A stretch of DNA of 64,000 nucleotides from Candidatus Latescibacterota bacterium (lineage in GTDB: Bacteria > Latescibacterota > UBA2968 > UBA8231). The notes under the pieces were generated by a model. It was not told the DNA's origin. It saw nothing but the letters and a program-made list of their open reading frames with translations, and did no database searches. A program made the translations under genes and the position numbers. The stretch lies in NCBI GenBank assembly GCA_965261395.1, contig OZ253462.1, positions 3,616,001-3,680,000 of the forward strand. The letters run 5' to 3'. Shown here in pieces: positions 42,042-51,782 of the stretch. Position 1 is the stretch's first letter. Every line of letters starts with the position of its first letter.

Positions 42042-43392
42042 GCGCACTGAGATCAAAGAACGCCTCGCCCAAGAGGGCATTGAATTCCTACTCGTCCAGT
42101 TCGTCGATATGACCGGCGCGCCCAAAGTGAAGATGGTGCCGGTGACGGCACTCGACGACGCGCTTGACGAAGGCGCGGGTTTTGCCGGCGCGTCTATTTG
42201 GGGCTTGGGACAGGGGCCGCACTCGCACGATATGCTGGCGCGGATCGACCTCGATTCATACGCGCGGCTGTCTTGGCAGCCGAACACCGTGCGCTTTGCT
42301 AGCGATCTCTTCGTCGATGGGGAGCCGCATCCCTATTGCTCGCGCACCAACCTTCAGAGGGTACTCGCCGATGCCGCGCAACAGGGCTATGTCTTCAACG
42401 TGGGTATGGAGCCGGAGCACTTTCTCGTCGCGCGCGATGAAGACGGTTCGATCCGGCCCTGGGACCCGGACGGCGTGGACTCGCTGGCCAAGCCCTGCTA
42501 CGACTTCCGCTCCATGTCGCCGGCGATGGCGTACTTGCAGGAGTTAACTTGGTCGCTCAACGACATGGGCTGGGGGGTTTATCAGTGCGACCACGAGGAC
42601 GCCAACGGGCAATTCGAGGTCAACTTCGACTACGCCGACGCGCTGACCACCTCGGACCGCATCATCTTCTTCAAGATGGCCACCTCGCAGATCGCCAAAA
42701 AGTACGGTGCGATTGCCTCGCACATGCCCAAGCCGTTTGCCGACCGCACTGGCAGCGGCTTGCACGCGCACTACCATCTGGCCGACGCCGAGTCGGGCGA
42801 GAATCTGTTCTTGGACGAGGGGGACGCGCGGGGCTTGGGCTGCTCAAAGATGGCCTACCACTTCCTCGGCGGCATTTTGCACCACGCCCGCGCGCTCTGC
42901 GCGGTGACTAGCCCGACGGTGAACTGCTACAAGCGCCTCCAACTCGGCGCGGGAATCTATTCGAGTCGCTCGGGTTTTACTTGGACGCCGGCGTTTATCA
43001 CCTACGGCGACAACAACCGCACGCAGATGATCCGCACCGCCGGCGAGGGGCATTTTGAAGATCGCACGGTCAGCGCCGCGGCCAATCCCTATCTGGCTCT
43101 GGCCGCCTATCTGGTCGCCGGTCTCGACGGCATTGAGCGCGGCTTGGAGCCGGGCGAGCCAAATCTGGGCAACATGTATGAGCGCTCCCTCGACGAGATC
43201 GAGGCGGCAGGGGTGCAGCTTTTGCCGCAGTCGCTGGCCGAGGCGCTCGACGCGCTGCACGAGGACGAAGTGGTGCAGAGCGCGCTAGGCCCCATTGCCG
43301 ACGAATTCCTCCAGATAAAAGCCGACGAGTGGGCCGAGTACGACAGCCAAGTCAGCCGCTGGGAGATCGACCGGTACTTGACCTCCTGCTGA
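42034..43392 (+). CDS. glnT: Type III glutamate-ammonia ligase / gamma-glutamylmethylamide synthetase
   Basis: GAGFAG, KPCYD, YQ.DHEDANGQFE, MPKPF, G.NNRT. Confidence 0.88.
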   Translation: MTERTEIKERLAQEGIEFLLVQFVDMTGAPKVKMVPVTALDDALDEGAGFAGASIWGLGQGPHSHDMLARIDLDSYARLSWQPNTVRFASDLFVDGEPHPYCSRTNLQRVLADAAQQGYVFNVGMEPEHFLVARDEDGSIRPWDPDGVDSLAKPCYDFRSMSPAMAYLQELTWSLNDMGWGVYQCDHEDANGQFEVNFDYADALTTSDRIIFFKMATSQIAKKYGAIASHMPKPFADRTGSGLHAHYHLADAESGENLFLDEGDARGLGCSKMAYHFLGGILHHARALCAVTSPTVNCYKRLQLGAGIYSSRSGFTWTPAFITYGDNNRTQMIRTAGEGHFEDRTVSAAANPYLALAAYLVAGLDGIERGLEPGEPNLGNMYERSLDEIEAAGVQLLPQSLAEALDALHEDEVVQSALGPIADEFLQIKADEWAEYDSQVSRWEIDRYLTSC

Positions 43393-43427
43393 AGTTCGCT
43401 TGTTTATCTTGTGAAAAGGGAAGCCAA

Positions 43428-43853
43428 ATGCCAAGTAAAACCCATAAAAAAATGGTTTTGGCTATTGAACAGCTATTCCTGGAGAAGTACCAACTTGGAA
43501 TATCAAAGGAATGGCTTGTGACAGTCGATCATAATGAAGAACGCCATTCTCCAGAGAGAATTGGGGGTTATAGACCAGACTTTCATGCGTGGTCGATGGT
43601 TCAAAAGCGTAATATTATCGGTGAAGCGAAAGTAGTGGATGATCTGAGGGCCAAACGAAGCCAACAACAAATAAAGACATTTATCAGGTGGTTGGCTGAA
43701 CAGGGCAGCGACTCTGTTTTCGTACTTTGCGTATCGCTTGGTTGGGTTCCAGATGCTAAATGTCTGATTAGATGTTGCCAGTACGCTAAAAGCGTAACTA
43801 TCCACCTGATAGACCAAACAGGGTTTGAGCATCTCTATGCTTATCGGCACTGA
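43428..43853 (+). CDS. Small PD-(D/E)XK nuclease-like protein (island gene 1)
   Basis: IGGYRPD...IIGEAK. Confidence 0.65.
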   Translation: MPSKTHKKMVLAIEQLFLEKYQLGISKEWLVTVDHNEERHSPERIGGYRPDFHAWSMVQKRNIIGEAKVVDDLRAKRSQQQIKTFIRWLAEQGSDSVFVLCVSLGWVPDAKCLIRCCQYAKSVTIHLIDQTGFEHLYAYRH

Positions 43854-45291
43854 AACGCTAAATCTGACGCCGACATTCGACCCATTTGCCTATCAATTGA
43901 ATGCGGTGGAAGAGGTGAAGGGGATGGAGTATGCAGCCCTTTTTCATGAGCAGGGTTTGGGAAAGACCAAGATTGCACTGGACCTAGCTCTTCTGTGGCT
44001 AAAAGGTCGGGTTTTAGATACTGTAATTATCATAACTAAGAAAGGATTAATACAGAATTGGAAAAAAGAAATCAGCATACATACAAAACTTTCCTTTGCT
44101 GTTCTGGATGGATATAGGGTAAAGAACACTTCAAAATACAATAAACCATTTCGATTGTATTTAACGCATTATGAAGCCGTGATAAATAATCAGAAGAATT
44201 TATCTCTGCTCCTGAAAACACGAAGAGTAGGAGTAATTCTTGACGAAGCTCATTACATGAAAAATCCTGATGGTCGCGTCGCAAAGGCTTTGTTCCAGCT
44301 AGGCCCAGAGTTCAAACACCGGATCATCATGACCGGAACCCCGGTAGCCAATCGTCCCTATGACATCTGGGCCTTGATATATTTTCTTGACCAAGGCAAG
44401 TCTCTCGGAGCCAACTTCAAGGCATTCAAGAGTAAATTTGATTTACCAGCTAATGTGCTCAACAATCATGATGAAGGCTATGAGCGGAGTCTTGAAGGTA
44501 TATTTGAAACTATAGAACCTTTCACAATACGTGAGACTAAGAGGAGTTCAGAGCTGAAGTTGCCACAGAAGACTTTGCGAAATTACGAAATTGAAATGAG
44601 AGGACAGCAGGCCGATTTGTACTCTCAGTACAAATCCGAACTATATGTGCAAATTATACGCGATGGCTCCCTGATGACTGACGATGTAAATTACATTCTG
44701 AAACAGATGATGCGGTTGGTTCAGGTCGCTTCCAATCCAATGATGGTGGATGAATCCTATAATGAACGACCTTGCAAAGTTGACGCTTTAGAATTGTTGA
44801 TTGGGCGAGTAAGTCTCGACGAGAAAATTATCGTATGGACCAATTTTATTGAAAATTCAGACTATCTTGCCAGTCTTTTTTCAGAAATGGGTTCACTAAA
44901 AATACATGGCAAGATGGATATGAATGCTCGCAATCATTCTGTCGAAAGGTTTTTACAGGATCCGAGTAAACGCCTTCTCGTTGCCACACCAGGTGCCGCA
45001 AAGGAAGGTTTGACTCTTACCGTGGCTAATCACGCCATATTCTTTGACCGCAATTTTAGTTTGAATGACTGGCTGCAAGCACAAGACAGAATTCACCGGA
45101 TTCGACAGGAGAGACCCTGTGAGATTACGCACCTTCTAGCCCGAGAGAGCATTGATTGCTGGATTGATCGGCTACTAATTTGCAAAAAGCGTTTTGCTGA
45201 ACTGGTACAAGGTGATAAGCCCCTAAAGGATGATAACCTGCTTGTAGAAACCGAAATCACCAACATCATCAATGGAGTGCTTCAACCATGA
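43837..45291 (+). CDS. SNF2-family helicase/ATPase (island gene 2)
   Basis: HEQGLGKT, ILDEAH, MTGTPVAN, EGLTL, QAQDRIHRIRQ. Confidence 0.92.
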   Translation: MLIGTETLNLTPTFDPFAYQLNAVEEVKGMEYAALFHEQGLGKTKIALDLALLWLKGRVLDTVIIITKKGLIQNWKKEISIHTKLSFAVLDGYRVKNTSKYNKPFRLYLTHYEAVINNQKNLSLLLKTRRVGVILDEAHYMKNPDGRVAKALFQLGPEFKHRIIMTGTPVANRPYDIWALIYFLDQGKSLGANFKAFKSKFDLPANVLNNHDEGYERSLEGIFETIEPFTIRETKRSSELKLPQKTLRNYEIEMRGQQADLYSQYKSELYVQIIRDGSLMTDDVNYILKQMMRLVQVASNPMMVDESYNERPCKVDALELLIGRVSLDEKIIVWTNFIENSDYLASLFSEMGSLKIHGKMDMNARNHSVERFLQDPSKRLLVATPGAAKEGLTLTVANHAIFFDRNFSLNDWLQAQDRIHRIRQERPCEITHLLARESIDCWIDRLLICKKRFAELVQGDKPLKDDNLLVETEITNIINGVLQP

Positions 45292-45410
45292 AACGAAGAA
45301 TTCTCAAAAAAGAATATCATTTTCTGGAATATAATACGGAATAAGTAGTATTTGGCTTGACATATCCTCTTTATCTTCGTATATTTACAGTAAGAAAAGG
45401 GAGATACGCC

Positions 45411-46283
45411 ATGAACCTAATCACCATTTTTAATCAGTTCCCCGACCAACAATCTTGCATCGCTCATTTGGAGGCGATCCGCTGGCCGGAGCAAGCCTTT
45501 TGCCCACAATGTAGTAGCGACCGCGTAGCTCGCAAAGCTGAAAAAACGCTGGTTGGCCGGTGGAATTGCCATAAGTGCAAGTCGAGCTTTAACGTGCTGG
45601 CTGGTACCATTTTTAGCGGTACTCAAATCCCTCTGCAAAAGTGGTTTTTGGCAATCAGCTTAATGGCCAATGCGAAGAAGAGCTTGTCGAGCTATCAATT
45701 GGCCCGCGACTTGGAACTAAACCAGAAAACGGCATGGTACATGCAACAGCGTATCCGCGCGGCAATGGCAAGCGACGAAGGGGCCTTGTTGCAAGGAATC
45801 ATTGAGGCGGACGAAACCTATCTCGGCGGCAAGCCGCGCCACAAGGACAAGGACAACAGGCGCGGTCGTGGAGCTTCGGGCAAAACCTCCGTCGTGGGAG
45901 CCGTCCAGCGCAAGGGCGAAGTCAGGGCCGAAGTTACCGACGATACCAAGGGCGCGACCGTCTTGGGCTTTATCGAGCAGTCCGTAGAGCCGGAAGAATC
46001 CGCGCTTATCACCGACGAGTACAAAGCCTACACCAAAGCCTACAAGCTTATGCCCCATCGCGTCGTCAATCACGGTGAAGGCTTTGTCGATGCCGACGAC
46101 AAGACCCTCCACACCAACACCATTGAAGGCTTTTGGAGCTTGCTTAAGCGAGCATGGTACGGCTCACACCACAAGTACACCAAAGGCTGGTCGCCACTGT
46201 TTGTGGCTGAGGCTGTCTGGAAGTATAACCATCGCAAGGATGACGATAGCTTTAACGGCCTATTGAGGACTTGCTTCGCGTAG
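45411..46283 (+). CDS. IS1595-family (ISXO2-like) transposase
   Basis: Zn ribbon CPQC...CHKC; IEADETYLGG, ITDEY, VNH, HTNTIEGFWSLLKR. Confidence 0.95.
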   Translation: MNLITIFNQFPDQQSCIAHLEAIRWPEQAFCPQCSSDRVARKAEKTLVGRWNCHKCKSSFNVLAGTIFSGTQIPLQKWFLAISLMANAKKSLSSYQLARDLELNQKTAWYMQQRIRAAMASDEGALLQGIIEADETYLGGKPRHKDKDNRRGRGASGKTSVVGAVQRKGEVRAEVTDDTKGATVLGFIEQSVEPEESALITDEYKAYTKAYKLMPHRVVNHGEGFVDADDKTLHTNTIEGFWSLLKRAWYGSHHKYTKGWSPLFVAEAVWKYNHRKDDDSFNGLLRTCFA

Positions 46284-46298
46284 CAACTTGACGCACAT

Positions 46299-46334
46299 CT
46301 CCTTAGTGTACTAAATTGTCAGTACACTAAGGAG
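46299..46334. promoter_or_regulatory. 14-bp inverted repeat overlapping a promoter-like sequence and an RBS
   Basis: CTCCTTAGTGTACT-N8-AGTACACTAAGGAG. Confidence 0.55.
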
Positions 46335-46453
46335 GTATAGCATGGATGGTACTCTGAGTACTAACAAAAAAGAAGCGACTTACAAGAAAATAATATTTTT
46401 CCAGAAAGACCAAAAATATCAGATAGAAGACTATCTAAACTCAAAAGTTATAA

Positions 46454-47385
46454 GAAGCCGTCTGAAAACTATATTTTTTCTATTTGATCCGTTTGAGCAG
46501 CAAGTGGATCATAGCAATCTGGATCAAGGCTTCGCTATGGTGGGTCAACACCTCATAATCTCGGGCATGTCGGCGAAAATTCATCAACCACGCAAACGTG
46601 CGCTCGACGACCCAACGGCGTGGTAACACCTCAAAGCCGGGGCCTTGTTTGGCGACGACTTCCAAGTCTATTTTGTGCGTCTTTTTTACGTTAGCCACCC
46701 ACGTTCGGATCGGATCGCCTCGATAGCCGCCATCGCCCCACAGTTTGCGTAACCGGGCTACGCCGGAGGCCCCCAAGCGGGTCAACACCTGCTTGAGGCC
46801 GTCCCGATCCTCTACATCGGCGGCGGTGACCACCACCTGTCTAAGCAAGCCCGAGGTGTCGACCAACAGATGACGCTTGCGCCCCTTGACCTTTTTTCCG
46901 GCGTCATAACCGGTTGTTTTACCATGGGTTGCCGTCTTGATCGTCTGACTATCGACTACGCCAGCCGACGGCGTTGGAGCCCGTCCGTTGAGGCGGCGTT
47001 CCCGCTGGGTGAGTCGATCCAATACCTGCGGCCAGACCCCTTGTAGACTCCAGCGACGAAAGTAACCATACACCGTTTTCCACGGTCCAAAACAAGAAGG
47101 CAACAAAGCCCAAGGACAACCGGTCTTGGTCAGATACAAAAGGCCGTTGACGATCTGGCGTCGATCCCGCGGTGGCCGACCCGGACCGTTCGGCTGCCAT
47201 GTCGAAGCCGGCAGCAACGGTTCGATCCGACGCCATTGCACATCGGTTACATCGGTGGCATATTGCCTACTAGGCGTACTCATCATACGAGCCTTTCTGT
47301 TCAGATTTTGTCGCGAAACCTGAATATGGCTCGATGAGTACGCCGATTCAAATACCGGCTACAGCAAGGGTTTTCAGACGGCTTC
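46454..47385 (-). mobile_element. IS5-family (IS1031-like) insertion sequence, 932 bp, nested in the IS1595
   Basis: IRs GAAGCCGTCTGAAAAC / GTTTTCAGACGGCTTC; 3-bp target duplication TAA. Confidence 0.93.
46480..47286 (-). CDS. IS5-family transposase
   Basis: Y.TD.TD.QW, TGC.W..LP, VVDSQ, GKKVKGRKRH, D.GY, RWVVERTFAW. Confidence 0.95.
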   Translation of the reverse strand: MMSTPSRQYATDVTDVQWRRIEPLLPASTWQPNGPGRPPRDRRQIVNGLLYLTKTGCPWALLPSCFGPWKTVYGYFRRWSLQGVWPQVLDRLTQRERRLNGRAPTPSAGVVDSQTIKTATHGKTTGYDAGKKVKGRKRHLLVDTSGLLRQVVVTAADVEDRDGLKQVLTRLGASGVARLRKLWGDGGYRGDPIRTWVANVKKTHKIDLEVVAKQGPGFEVLPRRWVVERTFAWLMNFRRHARDYEVLTHHSEALIQIAMIHLLLKRIK

Positions 47386-47617
47386 TAAGAATTTCTCCAT
47401 CATCAGTTGTTGTCATTGTAGGCAAAGAGATCCAATCTGTTTCCTGATCTCCTTTCCCATAACGTATTCTTACTTCGTAATTTTTATTCGGAAACAGATT
47501 TTGAATTACTATCCCATTTTCGACCTGTCGAAAATTACTATTCCCAGTCGGACGAATAAATTCAGGTTCATCTGCTAAACGGTATTCTACATCAGTCCAA
47601 ATCCGTTCATCAGCCAT
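47386..47617 (-). pseudogene. Small IS1595 passenger gene (FN3-like), 3' end cut by the IS5
   Basis: RBS GAAGGAG; IQNLFPNKNYEVRIR; removing the IS5 completes the ORF as ...DGEILITFEFR*. Confidence 0.5.
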
Positions 47618-48816
47618 CGTCTAGCTCCTTCTAGTTGATGGTTAGGTGGCTCCAGTCTCGGTAACTGGGGCCGCTATTAGAGCGCAGCAGGTAGTTAGAA
47701 CATATCTTTATCCTTAGTTCCGCGGTACACGGAGCCACCGGGCATTACAGCCCGGACTACCTGCTGCGCCTTTTATAGTGGGCAAAAGTACTACAGACAG
47801 ACTACCAAGTCAAGCCAAATACTACTTATTCCGATATAATATATCCATTGAAAAACTACGCTTTTGGCCAGAAAACCCTCGGGTGTATTCAGAAATATTC
47901 TCTCTCTATGGAAATACAGGAGATGGAAGTTTAAATGCAAGCCAGTTGCAGGAGAAAGTTTTTCAAAAGCTCAAAGGTCGTGACGATGTACGTGAACTTC
48001 GCCGGAAGGTTGAAGATGCGGGTGGGCTGACTGAACCCTTAATCGTTCGTAAGAATTCAGATGATAGTTACTACGATGTTCTGGAGGGCAATCGGCGTCT
48101 TGCGGCGTGCCGAATGATAATAGACCGCAATGGCGATAGAGGCTCAGAATTGTACAACTCTGTTTCTTCGTTGGTGTGCGAAGTCGTTAGTGAAGACGTA
48201 GATGAAAGCGTAATTTTTTCTTTTTTAGGAAACCTACATATCGAAGGGAAGCATCCTTGGACTCCTTTTGCTAAAGCATGCTGTATTGAAAGAAGGTTAG
48301 AGAGTACTGGAGGAGATTTGTCAATAGTTTCCAAGGAAATAGGAGAAAGTTCGAAGGAAATTCAAACACAAATTGCAACCATTAAATTGATGGAAGAAGC
48401 CGGTGAGAGAAATGAGGCAAGGTACAGTTACTACGATATTCTTAATCGTAACAGAAAAACCAAAGGAGAAATGGAAGATTCGCCATCAAAAAAGAAAAAG
48501 CTCTTGGAGGAAGCAAAGACATGGGAAGGTACAGCTCTACGGTTCAGAGATGAGCTGAAAGACACATTTGACGACAGAAATGCTATGAAGAAATTCTTGA
48601 ATGGCAAGAAAAGTCTTGAGGATGCTGCTGAAGAAGCAAGAGAAAAAGGCAGCACGAATGTCATCCTAAAAAGGATAAAAACCTTTCGTGAGTTAACTTT
48701 AAAGGATAAAAAAGAAATAATATCATCAATTCCAACTACTCCAAATTTAAAATATGAATTTGGTAAATTAAGACAATTAATTGAGCAAATAAACAAAAAA
48801 CTGGAGGAAGAGAAAA

Positions 48817-50457
48817 ATGGCTAATATTCTCCTTTTAGAACCTGGTTATCGAAACAAGTACCCACCATTAGGTCTGATGAAGATTGCAGCCTATCATCGC
48901 ACCAAGTCAGATCATATTGTCTTTGCTAAAGGCATAAAACCGGAACTGCTGGAGACTCGTTGGGACCGGATTTACGTTACTACGCTCTTTTCGTTCGAAT
49001 TCAAACGTATTGCCGAGCAGATAGACTTTGCAATTGAATGTGCGGGAGGCCAGCATCGGCGCGTTTTAGTTGGCGGTATTGCTGCGTCTCTGATGACTGA
49101 GGAATTTCTGCAGGAACCGCGTTGGTTTGGCGTCCGCTTCATTAGTGGCCTACTCGACAGGTCACCGGCAGATTCTCTTCAATTGGATGCTTTTAGCGGC
49201 GATTTGTATGCAGATGATACTGATGGCACAGCAATAGAAGAGTATATTCCCGATTACACTATCCTGTCACATATTGAAAATGACTATATCTATCCGGTCA
49301 ATGATGCCTATTTTGGTTATGCTTCACGCGGTTGTATTCGCAAATGTCATTTCTGTGGGGTTCCAAAGTTGGAAGGTATGCAGCGTGACGGCATGTCTAT
49401 CAGTGCTCTGGTATATGGGATCAGCAAGCAGCACGGAGAGAAACGTGACCTTATTCTTATGGACAACAACATCACAGCTAGTTTACGTTACAAGGAAATT
49501 ATTGCCGAGATCAGAGACTTGGGCTTTGAGCGAGGGGCTACCCTGAAACGTAACGGGCGAGAAATAAGACGGAGGGTGGATTTCAATCAAGGTGTAGATG
49601 CACGCATACTATGCAAGGACAAAATGTATCTTCGTGAAATGTCCACCATTTGTATTAGTCCTCTACGGATTGCCTTTGACCATTTAGGCTTAAAAAAGGT
49701 CTATAGAAAGGCTGTCCATTACGCCAGTGAGTTTGGAATCACCCAATTGTCAAATTATATGCTGTACAATTTTTATGATACGCCACAAGATTTATATGAA
49801 CGTCTGCGTATCAATATTGATCTCAATGAGGAACTCGGCGTCCGAATATGGTCATTTCCGATGCGTTATCAGCCCGTCTATCTGAAAGACAGAAGTCATG
49901 TCGGGGAAAAATGGATTTGGTACTGGCTACGTTCGTTCCAAGTCATATTGCAAGCAACTCATGGCGTTGTCAGTGGCAATCCTGAATACTTTAACCGAGC
50001 TTTCGGCGATACACAGGAAGACTTCCTGCGCCTATTGTCACTTCCCCACCACATGATTTTTCACAGAGATTATTACGAATTCCATGAGGGTCAAACGGAG
50101 AAAGAGGAATATATGGCCCTATTAGGAAAATTGACGAATTTACAGCGTAATGAATTGAAGGAGAGTCTCTCGCAGTTGACATCGTCCAGTTTTTCCGGTT
50201 TGGATAGCCTCATCCATTTTACGAAGGACAAGACGGTAAAGCAGTTGCTTGAATTCTATCGACCCCTTGATAGAGAAGCCAAAGATACTATCCAGACACT
50301 AGAGAAAGACCGAAAGCTATTGAATTTTGGAAATGCTGTTGACTCAGATCTTGCTGAAGAAGAAAGAGTAGAAGACGCGGGGCTATTTGAAGATGAACCG
50401 GCCAAGAACGAAAAAAGAAATCAATTGATCAGAGAACCCATTGTGATTGCCAAATAG
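48817..50457 (+). CDS. Radical SAM protein with B12-binding-like N-terminus (island gene 4)
   Basis: ILLLEP....YPPLGLMKIAAY, VLVGGI.AS; RGCIRKCHFC (CxxxCxxC); MDNN, DFNQG.DAR, LRIAFD. Confidence 0.88.
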   Translation: MANILLLEPGYRNKYPPLGLMKIAAYHRTKSDHIVFAKGIKPELLETRWDRIYVTTLFSFEFKRIAEQIDFAIECAGGQHRRVLVGGIAASLMTEEFLQEPRWFGVRFISGLLDRSPADSLQLDAFSGDLYADDTDGTAIEEYIPDYTILSHIENDYIYPVNDAYFGYASRGCIRKCHFCGVPKLEGMQRDGMSISALVYGISKQHGEKRDLILMDNNITASLRYKEIIAEIRDLGFERGATLKRNGREIRRRVDFNQGVDARILCKDKMYLREMSTICISPLRIAFDHLGLKKVYRKAVHYASEFGITQLSNYMLYNFYDTPQDLYERLRINIDLNEELGVRIWSFPMRYQPVYLKDRSHVGEKWIWYWLRSFQVILQATHGVVSGNPEYFNRAFGDTQEDFLRLLSLPHHMIFHRDYYEFHEGQTEKEEYMALLGKLTNLQRNELKESLSQLTSSSFSGLDSLIHFTKDKTVKQLLEFYRPLDREAKDTIQTLEKDRKLLNFGNAVDSDLAEEERVEDAGLFEDEPAKNEKRNQLIREPIVIAK

Positions 50458-50465
50458 GCTGAACG

Positions 50466-51782
50466 ATGAGAATTACCAAAACAAGCATCCTTAAATCCAA
50501 GATACCTGTGGAGAGTATCAATATCGGTGGTGATCTCTTGGCATCCCTGTCTATAGGAATGTACAATCAGCCACTGGATATTTATCGAGAGTTCGTTCAA
50601 AACGCAGTTGATGCATACCAGATGGTGGGAACCCCTGCTGGTCAGAGAGTAATTGATATTACAGTAGATCGATCAAATCGAACTGTGACCTTTCGTGATT
50701 ATGCATCTGGTTTAAATGAAAAAGAAATGGTAGCTCAGTTGCTATCTGTCGGTAGTAGTTGGAAGCGTGGATATAAGCTACGCGGCTTCAGAGGAATAGG
50801 GAGACTGGCTGCGCTCGGATATTGCAGGAAGTTGATTTTTCGTTCCCGACAGTCGCGTCGTGAGCCTGTTATTGAACTTGAGTGGGATAGTGTTGCTCTC
50901 CATCGGTACAATGCGGATGGAGAAGATAAAAGTCTCGTTGATATACTACTACAAATATCTACATTTTCTAGTATCTCTGATTTAACCGAAGAAAATTGGC
51001 CTGACTGTTTTTTTGAATGTGTATTAGAAGGTGTTCGATACAGCAAAAACGACACCTTACTTAATCCTGATATGGTATCTAGTTATTTATCGGAAATTGG
51101 CCCTGTTCCTTTTAGTAAAGATTTTTCGTTGGGACAAAAAATATACAATGTTCTTGGCGATGAGTTGGCCTTCGAGGTTGATATTCATATCAACGGAAGT
51201 GAACAGCCTATAACCCGACCACATCGCAATCAGATAACTTCGCATGATGGTTCAAGTATTCTCTCTACAGTCAGAAGTCTCAGTGAAATTGTCGACTTGG
51301 AAGAGGTCCTAGACTCCGAGGGCATTCCTCTTGCTATGGGTTGGATTTTGAACCATGACTATCCGGGTGCTTTGCCCATATCTTCCCATATTCGTGGTTT
51401 GCGTATTCGGATAGGAAACATTCAGGTTGGGGACGAAAGAGTCCTTGATTCATTATTCAAAGAACATCGTTTCAACGTGTGGTGCATCGGTGAGATTCAT
51501 ATCTGTACGTCAAATATATACCCTAATACACGTAGAGATGACCTAGAACAATCTCCACAAGTAGATGACTTGATGAATGCTTTGGGGGTATTAGCGAAAA
51601 AACTTACTGATACATGTCGTGAAGCATCCCTGAAGCGCAATAAGAAGTCAAAGCTCGTACACAGAAACGTATCACTCTCGCGCGAAAAATACAGGAAAAT
51701 TATGGAAGATCTCAAAATAGAAGAACCGCTTCCCGACAGACTTACACTCTCATTAAACACAAATAACCAACAGGAGATATAA
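50466..51782 (+). CDS. GHKL (Hsp90/MORC-like) ATPase (island gene 5)
   Basis: YREFVQNAVDA, FRD.ASG, GFRGIGRLA; S5-like region GEIH....PN.RRD. Confidence 0.88.
   Translation: MRITKTSILKSKIPVESINIGGDLLASLSIGMYNQPLDIYREFVQNAVDAYQMVGTPAGQRVIDITVDRSNRTVTFRDYASGLNEKEMVAQLLSVGSSWKRGYKLRGFRGIGRLAALGYCRKLIFRSRQSRREPVIELEWDSVALHRYNADGEDKSLVDILLQISTFSSISDLTEENWPDCFFECVLEGVRYSKNDTLLNPDMVSSYLSEIGPVPFSKDFSLGQKIYNVLGDELAFEVDIHINGSEQPITRPHRNQITSHDGSSILSTVRSLSEIVDLEEVLDSEGIPLAMGWILNHDYPGALPISSHIRGLRIRIGNIQVGDERVLDSLFKEHRFNVWCIGEIHICTSNIYPNTRRDDLEQSPQVDDLMNALGVLAKKLTDTCREASLKRNKKSKLVHRNVSLSREKYRKIMEDLKIEEPLPDRLTLSLNTNNQQEI

Larger units (their letters stand above)
45337..47833 (+). mobile_element. IS1595-family element with passenger DNA and a nested IS5
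   Basis: Perfect 25-bp IRs CGGAATAAGTAGTATTTGGCTTGAC; 8-bp target duplication ATATAATA at 45329-45336 and 47834-47841. Confidence 0.95.
45288..48824 (+). pseudogene. ParB/Srx-like protein (island gene 3) split by IS1595: 45288-45336 plus 47842-48824
   Basis: Removing the IS gives in-frame MKRRILKKEYHFLEYNISIEKLRFWPENPR...VLEGNRRLAA; ATGA overlap with the SNF2 stop. Confidence 0.85.
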
